In this document: positions 59,262 through 64,000 of the stretch, piece after piece | Layout of the letters: each line of letters starts with the position of its first letter | How positions within the stretch are numbered: position 1 is the stretch's first letter | Assembly (NCBI GenBank): GCA_038889075.1 | Contig: JAWAHS010000002.1 | Span: 44,930 to 108,929, forward strand | Direction of reading: 5' to 3' | Origin: Ignisphaera sp. | GTDB lineage: Archaea > Thermoproteota > Thermoprotei_A > Sulfolobales > Ignisphaeraceae | DNA: 64,000 bases | Position numbers and translations under genes: made by a program | The notes under the pieces: generated by a model | What the model was told of the DNA's origin: nothing | What the model saw: the letters and a program-made list of their open reading frames with translations, nothing else | Database searches by the model: none

Positions 59262-59651
59262 ATGGCCAGGAGGAGGAGTAAATGGAGGAGAACAACTGCG
59301 ATAGTTAAGAAAATGATGCAGGAGGCAAGAAAAGCCAGAGCATACGAAAGTTTGAGGCAGTGTCCTGTATGCGGTAATCCACACAGTCTTTCAATAGATG
59401 TAAATGAGGATAAAGTAAGTGGACGGAAAAGTGCCTTCATAAGATGTGCCTCATGTGGATTTGAATATACAATGGATAGCCTGCCACCCATTGCTGATGT
59501 GTTCTGGGTCTATTCAAAGCTACTCGATAACATCCATGGAGCATCCATCCAGAGCAGGCCGGTACACGAAGGTGTAACAGAGGGTGCTAAGGAAGAAGTA
59601 GGCGAAGAAGGAGAGGAATTGAATATAGAGATAGAAAAATATAGTGAATGA
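59262..59651 (+). CDS. elf1: Transcription elongation factor Elf1-like zinc ribbon protein
   Basis: Basic N-terminus MARRR, CPVCG...CASCG, VYSKLLD, acidic tail. Confidence 0.75.
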   Translation: MARRRSKWRRTTAIVKKMMQEARKARAYESLRQCPVCGNPHSLSIDVNEDKVSGRKSAFIRCASCGFEYTMDSLPPIADVFWVYSKLLDNIHGASIQSRPVHEGVTEGAKEEVGEEGEELNIEIEKYSE

Positions 59652-59908
59652 ATCTTTTTATTTAACCACATTAACCATCTATACACGTTGTTGATGGTTA
59701 TTTTTGAGATTTAGTTTTGTTAACATTCCAAGAATTCTTAGTACCTTGGACGCTACTGAGTGTGTTGATTTATAACATCTCTTTATAAAAATGTGTATTC
59801 GAAATCCTCATAATGCTGCTTCTTAACTTGCGATAGAATGTGTAATGGAAATGCTGTAGAATCTATGGGTATACAGATACATGCTAGCTTTACCCATAGG
59901 AAGTCCTC

Positions 59909-60976
59909 CTATATATGGATATGCTGTAGGAATTGACTGTAGTTTGTATGGTACAGCTCATCATATTTCTTAATAGATTTTTTAATCAATTCTTCAACAT
60001 TTATTCCATGCAGTGCACTAATTAAAACGATATCACTGTATCCTTGTCCTTCTAACGCCTCTTTGTATTTTAATAGGTATTCTCTAGGTACCTTATCGAT
60101 TTTATTAAAGACTACTATTACCTTTTCCTTACCTATTAACTGTTCAACTGTTTTAAGTGGAACTAGCTGTCTTTCAAATGTATAGTAGGCTTCTGGTGTA
60201 GGATCGAAGAGATATAGAGCTACGGAATTAAGGTGTTTTAGTGCAGCGATGGCCTTTCTTTCTATTTCATTCATCTCATCTATACCTCTATCTAGTAATC
60301 CAGGTGTATCAATTACCTGAATTTTAATGTATCCAAGGTCTATATGTCCCAGTATTATATTCTTAGTCGTGAATGGATACGGTGATACGAGTGGTTTAGC
60401 TGTTGAAATTCTTCCAACAAGTGTAGACTTGCCTACTTGCGGCATTCCAGAGACTATTATGATAGGATTTTCAAAATCTATACATGGAGTTACTTTAATG
60501 GTTTTGACGATATCATCCAAAATATTCAACATCCTCATTTTCCTCCTTATAGTGGAAAGGGTTCTACCCACAAATTCCTGTGCCAATTTTTTTGCCTCAG
60601 TTGGTGTGCTATTCAGTATAGCTCTCCTATACCTAGACCATAGATTAGTCAAAATCTTAATACTGATTGATGTGTTTACAATTAGCTCATCATACATATT
60701 CTTAGATGCGATATTTATAAGCTCAGCGTAAAAGCCATGCAGATTTTCCGTTTTCGGTAACCTTGCGATATATCCTAGATTTGTTGCGATATACTGGTAT
60801 ATCTTCTCGCACTTCAGTAGATAGACAAGTACTTTGCTCTTACTGGGATCGCCTCTTACAGATCTTGGCACCTCAACTCTTTTAGTAAATATGTTGAGCA
60901 CCTCCCGCCTAAGACCATCATATGTTACAGCTCTGATCTTTACCAGATTAGATAAACACCTATGTTCACCATACAT
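59909..60976 (-). CDS. NOG1-family GTPase
   Basis: GMPQVGKS, YPFTT, DTPGLLDR, NKID, SA. Confidence 0.9.
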   Translation of the reverse strand: MYGEHRCLSNLVKIRAVTYDGLRREVLNIFTKRVEVPRSVRGDPSKSKVLVYLLKCEKIYQYIATNLGYIARLPKTENLHGFYAELINIASKNMYDELIVNTSISIKILTNLWSRYRRAILNSTPTEAKKLAQEFVGRTLSTIRRKMRMLNILDDIVKTIKVTPCIDFENPIIIVSGMPQVGKSTLVGRISTAKPLVSPYPFTTKNIILGHIDLGYIKIQVIDTPGLLDRGIDEMNEIERKAIAALKHLNSVALYLFDPTPEAYYTFERQLVPLKTVEQLIGKEKVIVVFNKIDKVPREYLLKYKEALEGQGYSDIVLISALHGINVEELIKKSIKKYDELYHTNYSQFLQHIHI

Positions 60977-60999
60977 AATCCATACTACACCTTCTTAGA

Positions 61000-61057
61000 T
61001 AATCAGAGGTCATGGTACTGTCATCCAATCCACACCGCGGGACTCATACATCATCTC
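61000..61057 (-). ncRNA. Probable box C/D guide sRNA upstream of NOG1
   Basis: Minus strand ATGATGT-atgagtcccgcggtg-TGGA-tt-GGATGA-cagtaccatgacct-CTGA; about 52 nt; D' and C' boxes are degenerate. Confidence 0.55.
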
Positions 61058-61737
61058 TATCTATTTTTCTAATACAGTCTTTTTATGTTTATTACCAGAA
61101 ATTCTGAATTGAGAACAATCAGAATAGCTCTATAGATACTAGATAGAAAACAAAATATGCATGAATATATAATTTGAATGGTTATGTGAAACTGTCATTT
61201 ATATCACTCTTGTGATTACATATGGAGGTGGTGCTGTTACTGTAGTTGCTATGGGTACGAAGCCATGTCGACGATATCCATCAATACATCTAGGAGTATT
61301 CTTCGCAAGCTGCTCAAGCTCCTTTCCAAGCCCTGCTATAACTCTGTGGAGGTAGTGCTGTGGGATGGATCCAGCCATGCTCTATAATATAGTCACAGTC
61401 CTCCGGGTTCACAATCTTCTACTCAGCAACTTGCAAGATTAATAGCATCAGAACCGCTGAGCTTCTCATAGCTTCAATGTTGCACTTTAATGGATGTCCA
61501 CGGATCCATACAGTGGTCAGCGATAAATATACCTAATATAGCTAGGGCGAAGTCCACCTATATTATGCTGTAGGTGATCTCTTAACAGGATCTAGCCTAA
61601 TTGTATCTATAATAAGTTTTCTCTATCTCTATATACAATTCCACATTCTCGGTAAGCCTGTAACTACACGTTTGATATCCATCACATGCAATATACCATT
61701 ATATGTGTTTTAAAAGAGTTGAGGACATTGTATTGTT

Positions 61738-61815
61738 TGGTGCCGCGGCCGGGATTTGAACCCGGGTCACGGGCTCGAAAGGCCCGCATACTTGACCGGG
61801 CTATACTACCGCGGC
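61738..61815 (-). tRNA. tRNA-Glu(TTC), CCA encoded
   Basis: Cloverleaf with CGGGC-CT-TTC-GA-GCCCG. Confidence 0.97.
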
Positions 61816-61981
61816 GCTGAAAAGGTTCTGTTTAGTCAAAGCTAAAAGCTTATATTATCATCGCTAATCATTTGAACCTTTTTATTGAGATTCTGTACGG
61901 AGTTTGAATTGTTAGAATTGGTAGTTGTATATACAAGATGTGCTGTTTACAATTCACCTTAATTGCTGTAGCTAGATTTTA

Positions 61982-62638
61982 TTATCTATTGTGTTTTAGT
62001 ATTTTTATTAATTTGTTTACGAAGTTCTTATCATAGTATTTTTCCAGATCTAGCATATTCATCACACTCTCTATATTTCCTAGCCTTTTTGAAAGCTCCT
62101 TCACAACTTCACCCACTTCCCATGGAAATACTATCCAGCTATTCGTTTCACCTACATAGTAATCAGGCATAGTTATTGACCACGGCTTTATGTATAGCGT
62201 TGCTGTTTTAATATGTCTAGCACCATGTAGTTTTACTACATCCATTGCTACCTGCAGCGTCCGCCCACTATCTGCTACATCATCTACTATAAGCACGTTT
62301 TTACCTCGTAGATCGTGTGTTATTGGACTTGATACCACAGGCTTTTCACCCCTTTCACCAATTCCCTTATAGAATTTTATCTCAATTGTCGATATATCAT
62401 CTACGGCTAGGTAGTCGCCTACAAGTTTAGCAACAATGTATCCACCCCTCAATATTGCTACAATAACCTCTGGTACATATCCAGAGTCTCTAATCCTAAT
62501 ACAGAGCTCCATGGACAATTCAACAATGTCTTTCCAAGTCAATACAAGGAAATTCTGATCCATGCTACATCTACCTCTGAACTTCTTATTTAAAGTACCT
62601 ATGTAGAATAAATTTAAGCTTGTTTCAGAGTCTATCAA
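61982..62638 (-). CDS. Type I (purine) phosphoribosyltransferase
   Basis: AILRGG, VLIVDDVADSGRTL, WIVFPWE; true start probably MDQNF. Confidence 0.9.
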   Translation of the reverse strand: MIDSETSLNLFYIGTLNKKFRGRCSMDQNFLVLTWKDIVELSMELCIRIRDSGYVPEVIVAILRGGYIVAKLVGDYLAVDDISTIEIKFYKGIGERGEKPVVSSPITHDLRGKNVLIVDDVADSGRTLQVAMDVVKLHGARHIKTATLYIKPWSITMPDYYVGETNSWIVFPWEVGEVVKELSKRLGNIESVMNMLDLEKYYDKNFVNKLIKILKHNR

Positions 62639-63044
62639 TTTCTTGTAATTTGCACTAGTTTAAAATGATGAATCGATGGTCGTATGTATCCTGAAAGAAA
62701 TTCGCTAAATCGAGTAAAGGTGATGGAATTAGGAAAGAACACATTAGATATTCCCATCACGTACAGTAGATGTTTAAGTGGCTAAATATTCTTGAACTGA
62801 GGTGTGATTACAGATTCAAACATCTTTAGAAAACCTCGTGGAACTGTTTCGATTTTTGTATTATTTTATGTAGATTGATATTAATCTTTAGTTATCACTA
62901 TTGCTCATACTTTTTCTTCTTTTCACGTGGCCGTCTCACTTTCTCCATACCGTCTTTCGGCAGTTAGATAAGATGGAAGCTTCATGTCTACTTAATGTAA
63001 TATTTTTAAACTCTATAGATTGTATGTATGATAGGTGAATCGAA

Positions 63045-64000
63045 ATGGAGAGATTAGGTATAGGTATACTTGGGGCAGGATTTGTAGCAAGATTCCATCT
63101 AAGAGCATTTGCAAACATTAGGAATATTGATGTGGTCGCCATATATTCTAGAACGTATGAAAAATCGAAAGAACTTGCACTCTATTCCGAACAACTTGGT
63201 CTTGGGAGACCTCGGGTATACGATAATGTATGGGATTTATTGAAGGATCCAAAGGTTAATGCCATATGGATTTTAACTCCAAACGATACTCATGTAATGT
63301 ATGCCAAGTATGTAGCTGAAGAGGCTAGGCAGGGAAAGGGTAATCTAGTGGGAGTTGTTATTGAGAAACCCCTTGCTAGGAATATTAGAGAAGCTAAGGA
63401 GATGTTGGATGCTATCAAGAAAGCAAACCTTCTACATGGATATCTAGAGAATCAGGTTTTCATGCCTTCCGTAATACGAGGGAAGGAGGTTATATGGAGT
63501 ATAGGTGCGCGATACTCTGGTAGACCATATTTAGCAAGAGCTGCAGAAGAGCACGCAGGTCCTCACAATGCATGGTTCTGGAGACCATCTATATCAGGTG
63601 GAGGGGTGCTCCTAGATATGATGTGCCATAGCCTAGAAGCTGCAAGGCACTTCCTCTACGATCCTAAGAAGAGTAAAGATAGCTTAAAGCCAAAGTATGT
63701 ATATGGGGAAACGGCAATTCTAAAGTGGCTTAGAAAAGAGTATGTTGATGATCTTAGGAAACGCTTTGGAATAGACTTTTCGAAGGAACCTGCTGAAGAC
63801 TATGCATTAGCGGTAGTAACATATGAAGATGATGAGGGCAATCTCGTATTATCGGAAACTAGAACATCATGGTCATTCGTAGGAGCAGGTCTAAGACTAT
63901 CGTTTGAGGTATTGGGTCCTGAATACAGTCTCTACATAAATACACTGCAACCAGAGCTCTTTACATTTATTAGTAGAAATATAAAGATTCCACCATCTGA
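63045..64000 (+). CDS. Gfo/Idh/MocA oxidoreductase resembling Thermotoga IolG (runs off right edge)
   Basis: Manual translation MERLGIGILGAGFVARFH...EKPLARN...HGYLENQVFMP...RPYLARAAEEHAGPH...GLRLSFEVLGPEY; GGTGA RBS. Confidence 0.85.
   Translation, partial: MERLGIGILGAGFVARFHLRAFANIRNIDVVAIYSRTYEKSKELALYSEQLGLGRPRVYDNVWDLLKDPKVNAIWILTPNDTHVMYAKYVAEEARQGKGNLVGVVIEKPLARNIREAKEMLDAIKKANLLHGYLENQVFMPSVIRGKEVIWSIGARYSGRPYLARAAEEHAGPHNAWFWRPSISGGGVLLDMMCHSLEAARHFLYDPKKSKDSLKPKYVYGETAILKWLRKEYVDDLRKRFGIDFSKEPAEDYALAVVTYEDDEGNLVLSETRTSWSFVGAGLRLSFEVLGPEYSLYINTLQPELFTFISRNIKIPPS

Noticed and set aside
61202-61217. TATCAC-TCTT-GTGATT as a TGM operator
   Set aside because: Spacer is 4 nt rather than 5, one arm is imperfect, and no sugar gene is adjacent
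62665-62694. ATGATGA...CTGA as a C/D sRNA
   Set aside because: Only about 30 nt, with no D'/C' pair

Overview
AT-rich chromosomal window from a hyperthermophilic crenarchaeon. Gene content and style suggest Desulfurococcales, Ignisphaera-like (inference). From left to right it holds: housekeeping genes (proteasome beta subunit, HPS, a rare methanogen-type SerRS, an E1-like enzyme); a 13-gene Mrp-linked group 4 [NiFe]-hydrogenase operon with convergent maturation genes; an ileS region with a hidden 223-codon ORF that lacks a canonical start; a degraded patch next to tRNA-Arg (HEPN pseudogene, C/D sRNA, TnpB-tail remnant, 25-bp inverted repeat); a MacB-type ABC / COG1361 surface-protein module; and a ~17-kb carbohydrate catabolic island. 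The island carries an Opp-type ABC importer, gyaR, a Thermotoga-type myo-inositol pathway (iolG-iolM-iolN-iolO), and a tagatose kinase-like / GatZ-like epimerase / SIS deaminase / amino-sugar kinase group. The right end has a transposase-less TnpB-like element, Trm5, tRNA-Asp, a two-intron tRNA-Pro(CGG) whose introns appear to need ordered splicing, a HEPN-MNT pair, Elf1, NOG1, a second C/D sRNA, tRNA-Glu, a PRTase and a partial second IolG-like gene. No CRISPR array, rRNA or intact transposase/integrase was seen. All family calls are from motif recognition by eye, not from database searches.
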